A stretch of DNA of 64,000 nt, from positions 4,959 through 68,958 of IMG/VR virus record IMGVR_UViG_3300027793_000082; one strand, given 5' to 3'. The notes beneath the pieces are model-generated. The model was given only the letters and a program-made list of their open reading frames with translations. It was not told the DNA's origin and made no database searches. Shown one piece after another: positions 48,716 through 58,492 of this stretch (positions are counted from its first letter, which is position 1; each line of letters opens with the position of its first letter). Source of the stretch: a virus. A program made the position numbers and the translations under genes.

Positions 48716-49415
48716 CTTCGATCTCCTTGAGAATGGCAGCATTGTCTACAGACACGATCAGCGTGTCGCCTGCAAGTGTCACATGCTGCCCGTCATTGAG
48801 CAACAGATGCATCCGGCTCTCTTCCGTCTTGGCTCGCACACGCTCCAAATACGTGGTGAAACGTGCCTCAACCTCAAACCCAAACCTCTCAGCCACATCC
48901 ATGATCTGAAAGATGCTTGCCTCGTTCACAGGCACCAGCCAAACCTTACGAGTGGGTTCCCACTGTGCCCGATAACGATCACCCTTGTGCTCGCCCCGGA
49001 TCTGCTTCAGATCAGCAACCACTTCCGGGCTGTAGGGAAACTCAAACACCGCAGTTTTGTCTTGGCTTGTGAGCCTACGGGAGGGCTTGCTGCACCCGCC
49101 CGCAACCTGGACAGGAGCGTTGGGATCCAGCGGTGCCAGCTTGAACACTGGCTGTTCCAGGAACGTCTTCACAAAGTCCGTCCCGCCAATTTGGCGCCGG
49201 TATTTGTTCACAAGCTTGAGTGCAGCCTGTGCCTGCTTCAGCGTGAAGGGCCTACCCTGCTGAGCACGATTGGCCAAGCTGTGACCAAACTCCGTATCAG
49301 CACCGCTGAAGCCCTGCTGATCATGCTGCCTAGCACCGTCGCACACACCTGCCAGCGAGCAGATCATGCCTTCCACCGTGTGGGGCGCTGCGGGATCGAC
49401 CTTCCAGTTGCTCAT
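48693..49415 (-). CDS. hypothetical protein with HARP-like region
   Basis: DGA..HD.QGFSGAD..FG.SLA; FPYSPEVVADLK, AQWEPTRKVWLVP. Confidence 0.65.
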   Translation of the reverse strand: MSNWKVDPAAPHTVEGMICSLAGVCDGARQHDQQGFSGADTEFGHSLANRAQQGRPFTLKQAQAALKLVNKYRRQIGGTDFVKTFLEQPVFKLAPLDPNAPVQVAGGCSKPSRRLTSQDKTAVFEFPYSPEVVADLKQIRGEHKGDRYRAQWEPTRKVWLVPVNEASIFQIMDVAERFGFEVEARFTTYLERVRAKTEESRMHLLLNDGQHVTLAGDTLIVSVDNAAILKEIEDELNSNH

Positions 49416-49440
49416 TTGGGCTCTCCGTCTCTACCCCGCC

Positions 49441-49468
49441 AATATAGCGGATTTAGCAGGAGTGTCAA
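49441..49468 (-). promoter_or_regulatory. early promoter TTGACA-N16-TATATT
   Basis: Hexamers seen directly; near-copy at 49672-49700. Confidence 0.7.
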
Positions 49469-49877
49469 CCTATATTTTGTGGTTTGTTTTCACGAGTGTT
49501 GGCAGTTTTTCACGTGGGAAATCCAACGTTGCAGCTCGGCTGAGGTCATTTTGCCCAGGTTCAATGGCAGTGATTGCGCAGACACAAGAGAGGCATCTGC
49601 AGGCCTGGCAGTTTCTGTAATCAGCTTGCGGAGTTGTTCACGATCCATCATGTGATATTTACCTTACCCGAGATATAGCGGATTTTTGCGGGAGTGTCAC
49701 CCAGTTATTGGTAGCCCATTATCCAAAGGCTGTAGACGCAGGCCGCACCGTAGATATAGAGCCCCACACGCTTCCAGCTCCACTTTCCAATGGTGGTGAA
49801 CAAAGTGTAACAAGTGTAGAGGCCAGCACCCAAAAGAACCAATTCGGGCAGGAAAAAACTCAACTCGATCAACTGGT

Positions 49878-50216
49878 TCATTTAAGGTTCTCCGGATAGC
49901 TTTCCCACAACCACTCCTCCAACTTTTCCTTGCTGTGTTCAGGCAGCTCGCGTAGCTGTCGCACCTCATTCATCAGCTTCAGGATCCGCTCTGAGGCCAC
50001 CTTGTCCAATGCGCCAAACCGCATGAGGAAACTGGATGGCACAGTGGCTCCCCTATGCTGCTCGTGCCAGCGTTGCACCCACCGGTCCCGAAAACGGAGC
50101 CGGGCAAAGATTTCAAGGTCACTTTTTTCCCTCAGCTTCTCTACAATCTCTTCATAGCTGAGATCGCGTGCTGTGGGCTTGCTTTCCTTAAACCAACTTT
50201 TGATGCCACTAAACAT
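49878..50216 (-). CDS. hypothetical protein
   Basis: GGAG RBS; promoter TTGACC-N16-TATAGT at 50242-50269. Confidence 0.65.
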   Translation of the reverse strand: MFSGIKSWFKESKPTARDLSYEEIVEKLREKSDLEIFARLRFRDRWVQRWHEQHRGATVPSSFLMRFGALDKVASERILKLMNEVRQLRELPEHSKEKLEEWLWESYPENLK

Positions 50217-50270
50217 AGATGCTTCTCCAGGTTCACCTCCTACTATATGGGATTCTTACCTAAGGTCAAC

Positions 50271-51173
50271 CTAAAACTTCCAGGGCACACTGTTGCTGAA
50301 AAGATGAAGGAAGATGGCTTGGCGCACATACAGCCCATACCGCATCTGCTTGAAATACACAGCCCTGGGATCACTGTCCAAACTGCTTGGCAGCTCATCA
50401 ACACGCGGTAATGGGTGCATGATGATGGAGGTGCCCCGAGCTTTAATCATATGCTCGGGTGTGAGCTGATACTTGCCTAGAGTGTTTTGTAGGTTGGGTG
50501 CAATCCGTTCCTTCTGCACCCTTGTGACATAGATCACATCCACTTGGCTCACGCACTCATCAAGGCTGGTGTAGACCTTGTCAGTTTTGTGGGTGAGCTC
50601 GGCAGGCATTTCCAATCCCGGAGGGCTTACCATATGCAGTCGCACATCGTAGAGGCGAAGCAGCCGGCTGAGGCTGTGCACCGTGCGTCCATGACGCAAG
50701 TCTCCCATGAGGCATACATCAATCTTTCTGGATAGCCCCACATGACGCTGGATGGTGTAGAGGTCTAAAAGAGCTTGGGTGGGGTGTTCGCCTACACCAT
50801 CACCTGCATTGATGATGGGCACTGGGCTCACAGCAGCAGCCCATTGAGCAGCACCCTTTTCTGGATGGCGAAGCACGATGCAGTCAGAGTAGCTGGCCAA
50901 AGTTCGAATTGTGTCCTCAAGGTTCTCGCCCTTGCTTACTGAGCTGAAGCTGACATCGTTGATGGGGATAACTGAGCCGCCCAATCTCACCATAGCCGAG
51001 TAAAAGCTGCTGCTGGTGCGTGTGCTGGGCTCGTAGAAGAGATTTGTGCTGACCTTACCTTGTGCAGCCGGTTGGCACAAGCCGATCTCGATGTTTCTTA
51101 CAGTTTTGAAGAGGGATTGGATGCTGGGCACATCAAATTGGCTAATGCTCAGCAGATGTGGAACGGGAGTCAT
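50271..51173 (-). CDS. pyrB: aspartate carbamoyltransferase catalytic subunit
   Basis: FYEPSTRT, INAGDG..EHPTQALLD, GDL.HGRTVHSL, MHPLPR. Confidence 0.95.
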   Translation of the reverse strand: MTPVPHLLSISQFDVPSIQSLFKTVRNIEIGLCQPAAQGKVSTNLFYEPSTRTSSSFYSAMVRLGGSVIPINDVSFSSVSKGENLEDTIRTLASYSDCIVLRHPEKGAAQWAAAVSPVPIINAGDGVGEHPTQALLDLYTIQRHVGLSRKIDVCLMGDLRHGRTVHSLSRLLRLYDVRLHMVSPPGLEMPAELTHKTDKVYTSLDECVSQVDVIYVTRVQKERIAPNLQNTLGKYQLTPEHMIKARGTSIIMHPLPRVDELPSSLDSDPRAVYFKQMRYGLYVRQAIFLHLFSNSVPWKF

Positions 51174-51358
51174 CTGGGTTCTTTCTTTCAATTGGGCCCA
51201 CACAAAAGCTGAACCAGCTGGGCGCCCGGGGCAATGTGTTTTCGCTTGTGCTTTGACGTTTGTACAGGCGTGCCTCAGCTTCTGTGGAGAACAGTTGGCG
51301 GCGGATCAGGGTGCGGCCAACTCCACGGCTGCTTTCCCAAATTTCCAACTCCCATTGG

Positions 51359-52375
51359 TTACTCAAAAATGATGGGCTCCGTGCCTGTAGTGATCTCGCC
51401 AATCACTTGTGCATCCTCTCCCATTTGGCTGAGGATTGAGATGGTGTTGTGTGGATCATTGGTGACGATGCACATGCCCACACCCATGTTGAACACCTGG
51501 CGCATCTCGTCTGGGGCGATGGTTCCTAACTTTTGCAGGTAGGTGAAAACTGGTGGTGGTGGCATGAGGTTGGTGATGCGTGCTGTGAAACCTGCAGGCA
51601 ACACCCTAGGCAAGTTTCCTAGTAAGCCACCACCTGTGATGTGAGCTGCTGCTCGGCACAAACGCAACTGGTGAAGTGCCAAAATTGGTTTGACATACAA
51701 CCTGGTGGGTGTCATCAAACTCTCTCCCAGGGTTTTGTCTGAGTCCCAAGGTGAGGACTGCATAAGGTCCAGCTGGTGGTCCTGGATAAGCTTCCGAACC
51801 AAACTGAAGCCATTGCTGTGGATGCCTGAACTGGCTATGCCCACGATGCTGTCGCCAGCAGCCACGTTCTGAGGCAAGAGTGTGTCACGTTCAACAGCCC
51901 CAACAGAGAACCCAGCTACGTCAAAATCCTTTGGTTGATACACCCCTGGCATTTCAGCAGTTTCGCCGCCCACTAGGGCGCAGTCCACAGCACTGCAAGC
52001 CTCTGCTACGCCCTGTAGCAGTGTGGTGTAAAGCTCCACGTCCAACTGTCCAACACTGAGATAGTCCAGGAACCAAAGTGGCGTAGCGCCCATGCACACC
52101 AAATCGTTCACACACATGGCCACAAGGTCCTGTCCCAGTGTGTATAAGGATCCTGGCACTTGTTTAGCCAATTCTAGCTTTGTACCTACCCCATCTGTGG
52201 TACTTACAAATAGCGGGTCACGCATGCCTGTTTGCTTGGGATCAAAAACAGCCCCAAATCCGCCCAAACTCCCTATTACTCCTGGACGTGTGGTGCGTTG
52301 TGCTAGTGGCTTGATGCGTTCTACAAACTCATTCCCATTGCTGATGCTTACTCCAGCCTCTTGGTAGCTGCTCAC
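51359..52375 (-). CDS. purM: phosphoribosylformylglycinamidine cyclo-ligase (AIR synthase)
   Basis: TDGVGTK, DLVAMCVND, GGETAEMP, HSNGFSLVR, HITGGG, FNMGVG. Confidence 0.96.
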   Translation of the reverse strand: MSSYQEAGVSISNGNEFVERIKPLAQRTTRPGVIGSLGGFGAVFDPKQTGMRDPLFVSTTDGVGTKLELAKQVPGSLYTLGQDLVAMCVNDLVCMGATPLWFLDYLSVGQLDVELYTTLLQGVAEACSAVDCALVGGETAEMPGVYQPKDFDVAGFSVGAVERDTLLPQNVAAGDSIVGIASSGIHSNGFSLVRKLIQDHQLDLMQSSPWDSDKTLGESLMTPTRLYVKPILALHQLRLCRAAAHITGGGLLGNLPRVLPAGFTARITNLMPPPPVFTYLQKLGTIAPDEMRQVFNMGVGMCIVTNDPHNTISILSQMGEDAQVIGEITTGTEPIIFE

Positions 52376-52488
52376 ACCACCACCCAAAAAGCTGCGATAA
52401 TGAGGCACCAAAGCACTGCCCCAAATGCAATCCCATTCATGATGCCTTGAGCTGGGCCCAAGTCATTATATCTATATCGTGTTTTCAT
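52372..52488 (-). CDS. 38-aa single-pass membrane peptide (not in ORF track)
   Basis: MKTRYRYNDLGPAQGIMNGIAFGAVLWCLIIAAFWVVV; stop overlaps purM GTG start (GTGA). Confidence 0.5.
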   Translation of the reverse strand: MKTRYRYNDLGPAQGIMNGIAFGAVLWCLIIAAFWVVV

Positions 52489-52533
52489 TATGCAATTGTG
52501 TGGTTGCATCCTTGTGTTGTCAAATCCCAAAGG

Positions 52534-52935
52534 TCAAGCTGCATTAGCCATGGGCACATAAGCCAAAATTTTCACTTCTGCTTCTCTTGCAGCTTGTGCT
52601 CTGTGGTTGCCGTCTATTATGCTGCCATTGGGCCCAAGGATGATGGGCTCCACTTGCTCGCCACGTTCCAACCGGGCACTGTACCAGCGCACGCGATCCT
52701 CATCTATGTCTATGGTTCGCTCAAAAGGATCATCAGGGATCGTGTTGTCCATTTGGCTGTGCAGTTGGTTTGGATCCACCATGTGAATGCCCCAGTTTTG
52801 GGTGGCCATCCACTTAAGCATCGTGGGGTTCCTGGGATCCTCATGATGATGGTGGCGGAACAACGTCAGCATCTCTTCCCCGGTGATGCTTTCGCGTATT
52901 ATGGTGGCGCGTGCGGTAAAGTCTCGAGCTCTCAT
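52534..52935 (-). CDS. ParB/Srx-like domain protein
   Basis: PIILGPNGSIIDGNHRAQAA; TAAATA at 52958-52963. Confidence 0.75.
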   Translation of the reverse strand: MRARDFTARATIIRESITGEEMLTLFRHHHHEDPRNPTMLKWMATQNWGIHMVDPNQLHSQMDNTIPDDPFERTIDIDEDRVRWYSARLERGEQVEPIILGPNGSIIDGNHRAQAAREAEVKILAYVPMANAA

Positions 52936-52988
52936 GATGTTTTCCTCTATGTGCTGATATTTAGAGGGTGTTGTTCTTAAATATGACT

Positions 52989-53624
52989 ATGGAAAGCTCA
53001 AACAACAACCGTGACTTTGTGGAAAGTTGGCTCATGGAGATGCCAGAAGGCCTTGGTGAAGTTGGGGGGTTATGGGAACGACTGGACAGAACAATTGAGC
53101 ACTACCGTATGGTTGGTTGGAAGCCAGAAAAGGTGAAACCAGGCTTATACAAAATAATCGATGGCCAAACAAGACTATATTGGTATGGCACTCCCACAAG
53201 AGTTGATTTAGCTATCTGGTTGCAACGCAAACCACAGAGCTTGGTGGTGCATATGAGTGGGAAAAATCCCGAATTGCGGGGCAAAGCACCTTATGCCAGT
53301 GACCTCTATGCAGCAGTGTTGGATGATAATGATGCGTCAGTTTTGTTGAGCGACACTCAGTTAAGTACCCAAGGCTTGCGGCTGTGGAAGCGAATGACTG
53401 AGATGGGCTATGCGGTCACTGTGTATGATGAATACAACCCAGGCAGGACCAGAAAAACCTTCACCAAGCCTCAGCAGCTGATGCGTTATTTTCAAGATGA
53501 AGACCAAGAGTTTGGGAGATACCGATATGTGCTAAGCAAGCCCGGCCAGAACCTTGAAGAGTGCATCAGCTTTTTCAATCTCCGCCGCTATAGAGAACTG
53601 GCAGGATTGGATTCAATAGGCTAG
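52989..53624 (+). CDS. hypothetical late protein, possible GNAT-like fold
   Basis: RGKAPYASDLY, LLSDTQLSTQGLRLWKRM; TAAATA at 52978-52983. Confidence 0.6.
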   Translation: MESSNNNRDFVESWLMEMPEGLGEVGGLWERLDRTIEHYRMVGWKPEKVKPGLYKIIDGQTRLYWYGTPTRVDLAIWLQRKPQSLVVHMSGKNPELRGKAPYASDLYAAVLDDNDASVLLSDTQLSTQGLRLWKRMTEMGYAVTVYDEYNPGRTRKTFTKPQQLMRYFQDEDQEFGRYRYVLSKPGQNLEECISFFNLRRYRELAGLDSIG

Positions 53625-53635
53625 CCACAAATGGC

Positions 53636-53719
53636 GAAAGCTGGGTTTACGGGTTCATCACCCCACCAGCTTTCCGTCCTCACTCAAACCGGGTTTACAG
53701 GTTCATCACCCTACCGGTT
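53636..53719. repeat. two tandem stem-loops with near-identical 21-nt inner sequence and different stems
   Basis: gaaagctgg-gtttacgggttcatcacccca-ccagctttc and aaccgg-gtttacaggttcatcacccta-ccggtt. Confidence 0.8.
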
Positions 53720-53733
53720 CCCTATTTTGGAGC

Positions 53734-54198
53734 TTACTCTCCCGCAAGCTCGCGCTCCACATCTACCCCGAACTCCTGGTCCACCGCCTCCATCAGCTGG
53801 TTGACCCCGGCCTGCTTGGCAGCCTCGCGAGCAGCACGCTCCGCAGCCCGCTTCTCCCGCTTCCGGGCAGCGTCCCGGGCCCGCTTGGCAGCCAGCTTGT
53901 CCACAGGAGCAGCCTGCCTCTCAGCAGCTTCCTGGGCAGCACGCTCAGCAGCCAGGATAGTCTCAATCTTCTTCCTGAGGTTCTTGGCCGGCACCACAGC
54001 ATCAACGCCCTGGTTGCGCATCCACGCAACAGCGTCAGCCTTGGTCATGGGCTGAGGCAGCGTCTTGAACTGCACATCAGTATGCCCTTCACGTGCCAGC
54101 ACAGTTTCACGGTGCTTGATGCTGCCGTTGCTAACCCGGAAAGTCAGCACACCCTGGAAGCGGCTGATACCAATGATGTTGAAGAGCTTGGTGTTCAT
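53734..54198 (-). CDS. hypothetical protein with Arg/Ala-rich basic helix
   Basis: KRARDAARKREKRAAERAARE; own promoter TAGACA-N16-TATTAT at 54234-54261. Confidence 0.75.
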   Translation of the reverse strand: MNTKLFNIIGISRFQGVLTFRVSNGSIKHRETVLAREGHTDVQFKTLPQPMTKADAVAWMRNQGVDAVVPAKNLRKKIETILAAERAAQEAAERQAAPVDKLAAKRARDAARKREKRAAERAAREAAKQAGVNQLMEAVDQEFGVDVERELAGE

Positions 54199-54293
54199 TG
54201 TGTAGCATCCTCTGTTTCGTTGCCTACAACCGCATAATAGCATCACCATCTCAGCTGTCTACCGGTTTTTTCCAGAAAAGATGGATTTTTTCC

Positions 54294-55007
54294 CTAAAAA
54301 ATCCATCCAGGCGGAAACGTAGTTTGGTTTGGAGGAAGATTCCACTGGCGCAAAACAGCATCCAGCTTCATACCAGCATAAGGACCCAAGAGTCCCAACG
54401 CTTGTGGCGTTTTGGTGAAAATAGCATCAAATTCCACAATATGCCCATCCCAGTGATCTACATGTGCAAGGCTTTTACACATGAACCCAAACTTATGTAA
54501 CAGTTCCACGATATCATGTAGTAGTTTTTGTTTTTCGTATATGGGGTGCAAGTGTGCCCCAAGCTCAATAGCCACAACATTGTGTAATAGCTCTTCAAAA
54601 CCCTGCAACACTTGGTATTCATATCCTTGAACATCAATTTTCAAAACATCTGGCAACGGCACCTTGCCTTGATTATATAAGGTTTTGTATCGTGTTACAG
54701 ACACTTGCTCTATGTCAGTTATTTCAAAAGCTGGTTTTATACTGAAACTATTCAAGAATGGAAAATTGGGCTTTAACAGACTACAGCATCCTTGGCTTTT
54801 GGTAATATACAGCACACCAGTGTGTTCTGCGACGCCCAAGGCTTCTATCATAATTTGGCAGTTGGCTTGCGTAGGAACACTTGCTGGATTTGGCTCAAAC
54901 AAAATTTTATGTACTTTTGGGTATAGACTGAAATCATATTTCAATCCACCTAATCCACCGACATCAACATAGACAAGATATTCAGGAGGCAATACTTGCA
55001 TTTTCAA
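54294..55007 (-). CDS. FkbM-family methyltransferase
   Basis: VDVGG.GG, FEP, DVLKIDVQGYEYQVLQG. Confidence 0.85.
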   Translation of the reverse strand: MKMQVLPPEYLVYVDVGGLGGLKYDFSLYPKVHKILFEPNPASVPTQANCQIMIEALGVAEHTGVLYITKSQGCCSLLKPNFPFLNSFSIKPAFEITDIEQVSVTRYKTLYNQGKVPLPDVLKIDVQGYEYQVLQGFEELLHNVVAIELGAHLHPIYEKQKLLHDIVELLHKFGFMCKSLAHVDHWDGHIVEFDAIFTKTPQALGLLGPYAGMKLDAVLRQWNLPPNQTTFPPGWIF

Positions 55008-55840
55008 ACTCCAGTTTTTTTGAAAAAATCAGGTAAGATTTTCAAAGGTTGTGCAATATCAATTCTCCCATCATTTGTAGGCATGTTCTTGCAGTGGTGT
55101 ATTTCTTGTGAAAAATCCCACTGGTGCAATATAGGTTTGTCAAAAAAGCTTTGGTAGTTTGTGTGAAACAAGTCCTTAATAGAGTATCTCCAGTGAGCGT
55201 CTAGGCCTTGCGCCACTTCTTCTGGAACAAACTGTAGTTGTTGACTCAGTAACAGTTTGTGACAAGCATACTCAAAATCAACCAGTTTTAGGTGGCAATT
55301 GTATAATTGCGGATGCGGACTAGGTGCTTGCTGAGTCAGGTGTAAATGGTGTGCCCAATTCCAAGGAACTTTTGTGATTTGACTCTTACAGTAGGTTGTG
55401 GAGAATCTGCCATATTGTCGTTGAGAAAAAATTGGCTTGCTCCAGTCTATTGAAGATTCTTGATTGATGTGGTGCACAATTTCCAATCCCACAGTGGTGT
55501 AAACCTGTTGATCGTTCTGCTCAAAAAAGTCATGTAACCCGTTATAAGTGTCGCGGCAAGGAACCATTATCTCATCAACATCGGTAAAAATCACAATGTC
55601 ATATCCCAAGCTGAACAACAATGACTGCATGCCATTGGCCAAAATAAAGGGCCGGAAGGCACTAAATGTTTCAGGTCGGGGAACCCGCAACGCATTGGCA
55701 AAAATGTTTTGAACAGGAACGTCACTGCCATCATCAATCACATATAAATTTTCCGCTCCCAGTTCTTGGCCATAATAACGCAACCAGATGGGCAAGAATT
55801 TGTCTTCATTATAAGAGCATGTAATTGCTGCAATTTTCAT
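55004..55840 (-). CDS. glycosyltransferase family 2-like protein
   Basis: [25 protein letters not shown]. Confidence 0.8.
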   Translation of the reverse strand: MKIAAITCSYNEDKFLPIWLRYYGQELGAENLYVIDDGSDVPVQNIFANALRVPRPETFSAFRPFILANGMQSLLFSLGYDIVIFTDVDEIMVPCRDTYNGLHDFFEQNDQQVYTTVGLEIVHHINQESSIDWSKPIFSQRQYGRFSTTYCKSQITKVPWNWAHHLHLTQQAPSPHPQLYNCHLKLVDFEYACHKLLLSQQLQFVPEEVAQGLDAHWRYSIKDLFHTNYQSFFDKPILHQWDFSQEIHHCKNMPTNDGRIDIAQPLKILPDFFKKTGV

Positions 55841-56790
55841 AAGTGTCCTTTTTGATTTATCAAGGCTTGTTGAAAGTAAGAAATGGTTTTTTGCAATCCT
55901 TGCGTTAGTGGAACCTTGGGTTCCCATCCCAAAGTTTGAACAGCCCTTGTGATGTTAGCTCTGCGCTGCTGTGGATCATCCACAGGCAACGGCAAACTTT
56001 CCATAATACTGGATGAATTGGTTAAGTGCAAGATCTGTTCTGCAAGACTTCTCACTGTGGTTTCTGTGGGATTGCCAAGATTCACAGGCTGCGGACCCAC
56101 AACTGATGAACTCATAAGGGCCAATATACCATCCACTAAGTCATCCACATAACAAAAACTACGAGTTTGATTTCCTGTGCCATAAATGCTTAAGTGTTGG
56201 CCTTGCAGGGCTTGAACAATGAAATTGCTTACCACTCTACCATCATCAACTCCCATTCTCGGCCCATAGGTGTTGAATATCCTCGCTATTCTGATATCAA
56301 CGTTGTGTTGACGATAGTAATCCATGAACAATGTTTCAGCAGCTCGTTTGCCTTCATCATAGCAGGCACGTGGACCCACCGGGTTGACATTTCCCCAGTA
56401 GGATTCGTGTTGGGGATGAACCAAAGGATCTCCATAAATTTCACTTGTGCTGGCTTGTAAAATTCTGGCTTTGGTTCTTTTGGCCAAGCCCAGTAAATTG
56501 TAGGCACCCAGCACGCTGGTTTTTATTGTTTGAATTGGATCGCTTTGATAACTTTTGGGACTGGCAGGACAGGCCAGATTGTAGATTTCATCAACTTCCA
56601 CATACAAAGGAAAACACACATCTTGGCGTATGATCTCAAAGTTTGGATGGCTCAATAAATGTTGAATGTTTGATTTTGAGCCAGTAAAATAATTATCTAC
56701 GCAAAGCACATGATGCCCTTGAGCTACCAGTCGGTCGCATAAATGACTACCTAAAAACCCTGCCCCACCTGTCACAAGTATTTTTTTCAT
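55837..56790 (-). CDS. UDP-glucuronate decarboxylase (UDP-xylose synthase)-like SDR
   Basis: [49 protein letters not shown]. Confidence 0.92.
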   Translation of the reverse strand: MKKILVTGGAGFLGSHLCDRLVAQGHHVLCVDNYFTGSKSNIQHLLSHPNFEIIRQDVCFPLYVEVDEIYNLACPASPKSYQSDPIQTIKTSVLGAYNLLGLAKRTKARILQASTSEIYGDPLVHPQHESYWGNVNPVGPRACYDEGKRAAETLFMDYYRQHNVDIRIARIFNTYGPRMGVDDGRVVSNFIVQALQGQHLSIYGTGNQTRSFCYVDDLVDGILALMSSSVVGPQPVNLGNPTETTVRSLAEQILHLTNSSSIMESLPLPVDDPQQRRANITRAVQTLGWEPKVPLTQGLQKTISYFQQALINQKGHL

Positions 56791-56841
56791 TATTAAATCT
56801 CCTGCTGGAATTATAACGGGAGATTTTCACAATACCTAAAA

Positions 56842-57276
56842 TCAATCCAGGGTGGGTTTCCAAACAGGACGCAAGTCAGCGCCATCCGGAATAGTGTAGC
56901 TTTGGCTCAAGATGTGGATCATACCCAACACCTTCCTGCTGTCTTTTTTGATACGCTGGCGATGTGCCACATTGACTCGGCATTTTTCGGGATCGTTCTC
57001 AAAAAAGATCCACTGCACAGGGGCGTCATAATCTTCTCGCATTCTCTGTTCCACCAACAGTCTGGTGCTGGCTCGGCAGAAATGTGGGTCGGTGATGATG
57101 AGATGTTCAAGAGTTTCCGCAGTTTGACGGCTGGGCAACTGACTCTGTTCCTCGATGTCATCAATCCACCACACATAATTCCATCTTGGCTCTGGATAAC
57201 TGAGCCAAAGCTGCTCAGCCAGGTAGCTTTTGCCGCTGCCAGGTAGTCCAGCAATGCAGGTGATCAGCACTTCCAT
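56842..57276 (-). CDS. small P-loop kinase-like protein
   Basis: GLPGSGKS Walker A. Confidence 0.7.
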   Translation of the reverse strand: MEVLITCIAGLPGSGKSYLAEQLWLSYPEPRWNYVWWIDDIEEQSQLPSRQTAETLEHLIITDPHFCRASTRLLVEQRMREDYDAPVQWIFFENDPEKCRVNVAHRQRIKKDSRKVLGMIHILSQSYTIPDGADLRPVWKPTLD

Positions 57277-57662
57277 ACCTCTCGGCACAGCCACTCATAA
57301 AGATCCTTGAACATCACCACCTTCTTGCCGTGTTCGGTATAGTTACCATAATATTCGTAGTGGCTGTAGGTGTCTCGGTAGGGCACTTCAGCCAACAGCT
57401 TACGATACTGACGTGCCGCGAGATCTGGGCACGCCTCATCAAGGAACTGATCCAGGAGGTCAAGGGTTGGTTCTGGCTCTGCGCCAACTGGGTAGTCAGC
57501 ACTGTCACCCCAGCAGTTGCCACCGCACATGCCGCCAGTGATCCATGTGACTTCGTAGTAACCTTCAGTGCCATGTGGCCACCAAATGTGGTCTTCACCA
57601 CGCCAATGGTTCATGCTGCTGAACACCAGCCGAATGTAGCCGTCGAACTCTTCACGGGTCAT
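57264..57662 (-). CDS. hypothetical protein
   Basis: W.TGG..GGNCW, EYYGNY; operon-packed. Confidence 0.7.
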   Translation of the reverse strand: MTREEFDGYIRLVFSSMNHWRGEDHIWWPHGTEGYYEVTWITGGMCGGNCWGDSADYPVGAEPEPTLDLLDQFLDEACPDLAARQYRKLLAEVPYRDTYSHYEYYGNYTEHGKKVVMFKDLYEWLCREVWKC

Positions 57663-58252
57663 AGTTTGTCTCCCTGGTTCAAGAAAGCTTGAGCAACTTG
57701 TGCCAGCGCCCTTGGATAGATACGGTGTTCCTGCTCCAGCACACGTTGTGCCAGCGTGTGCTCAGTGTCTCCGGCTAGAATGGGCACTCGAGCTTGGGTG
57801 ATGGGTTCACCAGCGTCCAGCTCTGGGATAACCCAATGTACGGTGCAACCGTGCTCGCTATCACCAGCCTCCAGTGCTCGCCTATGTGTGTCAAGCCCAG
57901 GATAGAGAGGCAGCAGGCTGGGATGGATGTTGATGATCCTACCCTCCCATTGGCTGACGAATTCGGCGCTGAGCACACGCATATAGCCCGCCAGTGCAAT
58001 CAGCTCTATGCCTGCACCTACAAGAGCTGCGTGAAACCCCGCCTCAAGCTCACTGCGACGTTTGTGAGCTGAGGCTACCGTGGGAATGCCACAAGCCTCT
58101 GCCACACGCAATCCTTCTGCCTCTGGATTGTTGCTGAGCACCAGCACGATCTCGGCCGGGTAGGTGGGATCGGCTCGGGCAACATCCAGCAGTCTCGTCA
58201 TGTTGCTGCCCCTCCCGCTGATGAACACAGCGGTTCGAATTCGGCGTGTCAA
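57659..58252 (-). CDS. purN: phosphoribosylglycinamide formyltransferase
   Basis: ISGRGSNM, LAGYMRVL, INIHPSLLP, GCTVHWV..LDAG, EHRIYP. Confidence 0.95.
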   Translation of the reverse strand: MTRRIRTAVFISGRGSNMTRLLDVARADPTYPAEIVLVLSNNPEAEGLRVAEACGIPTVASAHKRRSELEAGFHAALVGAGIELIALAGYMRVLSAEFVSQWEGRIINIHPSLLPLYPGLDTHRRALEAGDSEHGCTVHWVIPELDAGEPITQARVPILAGDTEHTLAQRVLEQEHRIYPRALAQVAQAFLNQGDKL

Positions 58253-58261
58253 AGCGTGCTC

Positions 58262-58492
58262 CTATACCACACAGATGAATTCGCCGCCTGCCAAGCTTAC
58301 GGCGCTGTAGACTGATGCGCCTGTAGGATATCGCTCTGCGTAGGCATCTCGCATTACCAACACCTGCCTACTCACCTCACGCTGAGCTCCCCAATGGGTT
58401 CGAGCCATAATTGAGAACTCGCTTGTTCCCAACTCTTTCTGCTCTGCATCTCGGAAGCTGAGCTTCACCAACCACATTCGCTTTTTAAACAT
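58262..58492 (-). CDS. hypothetical protein (MFKKRMWLV...)
   Basis: Fills the gap between flanking genes in the same orientation. Confidence 0.5.
   Translation of the reverse strand: MFKKRMWLVKLSFRDAEQKELGTSEFSIMARTHWGAQREVSRQVLVMRDAYAERYPTGASVYSAVSLAGGEFICVV

Noticed and set aside
46008-49655. Long plus-strand ORFs (199, 318, 378 aa)
   Set aside because: Antisense to well-supported genes in a GC-richer region; no motifs or RBS
50271-58252. Host chromosomal segment or prophage boundary
   Set aside because: Metabolic genes are interleaved with phage-type ORFs and phage promoters; no integrase or att site seen
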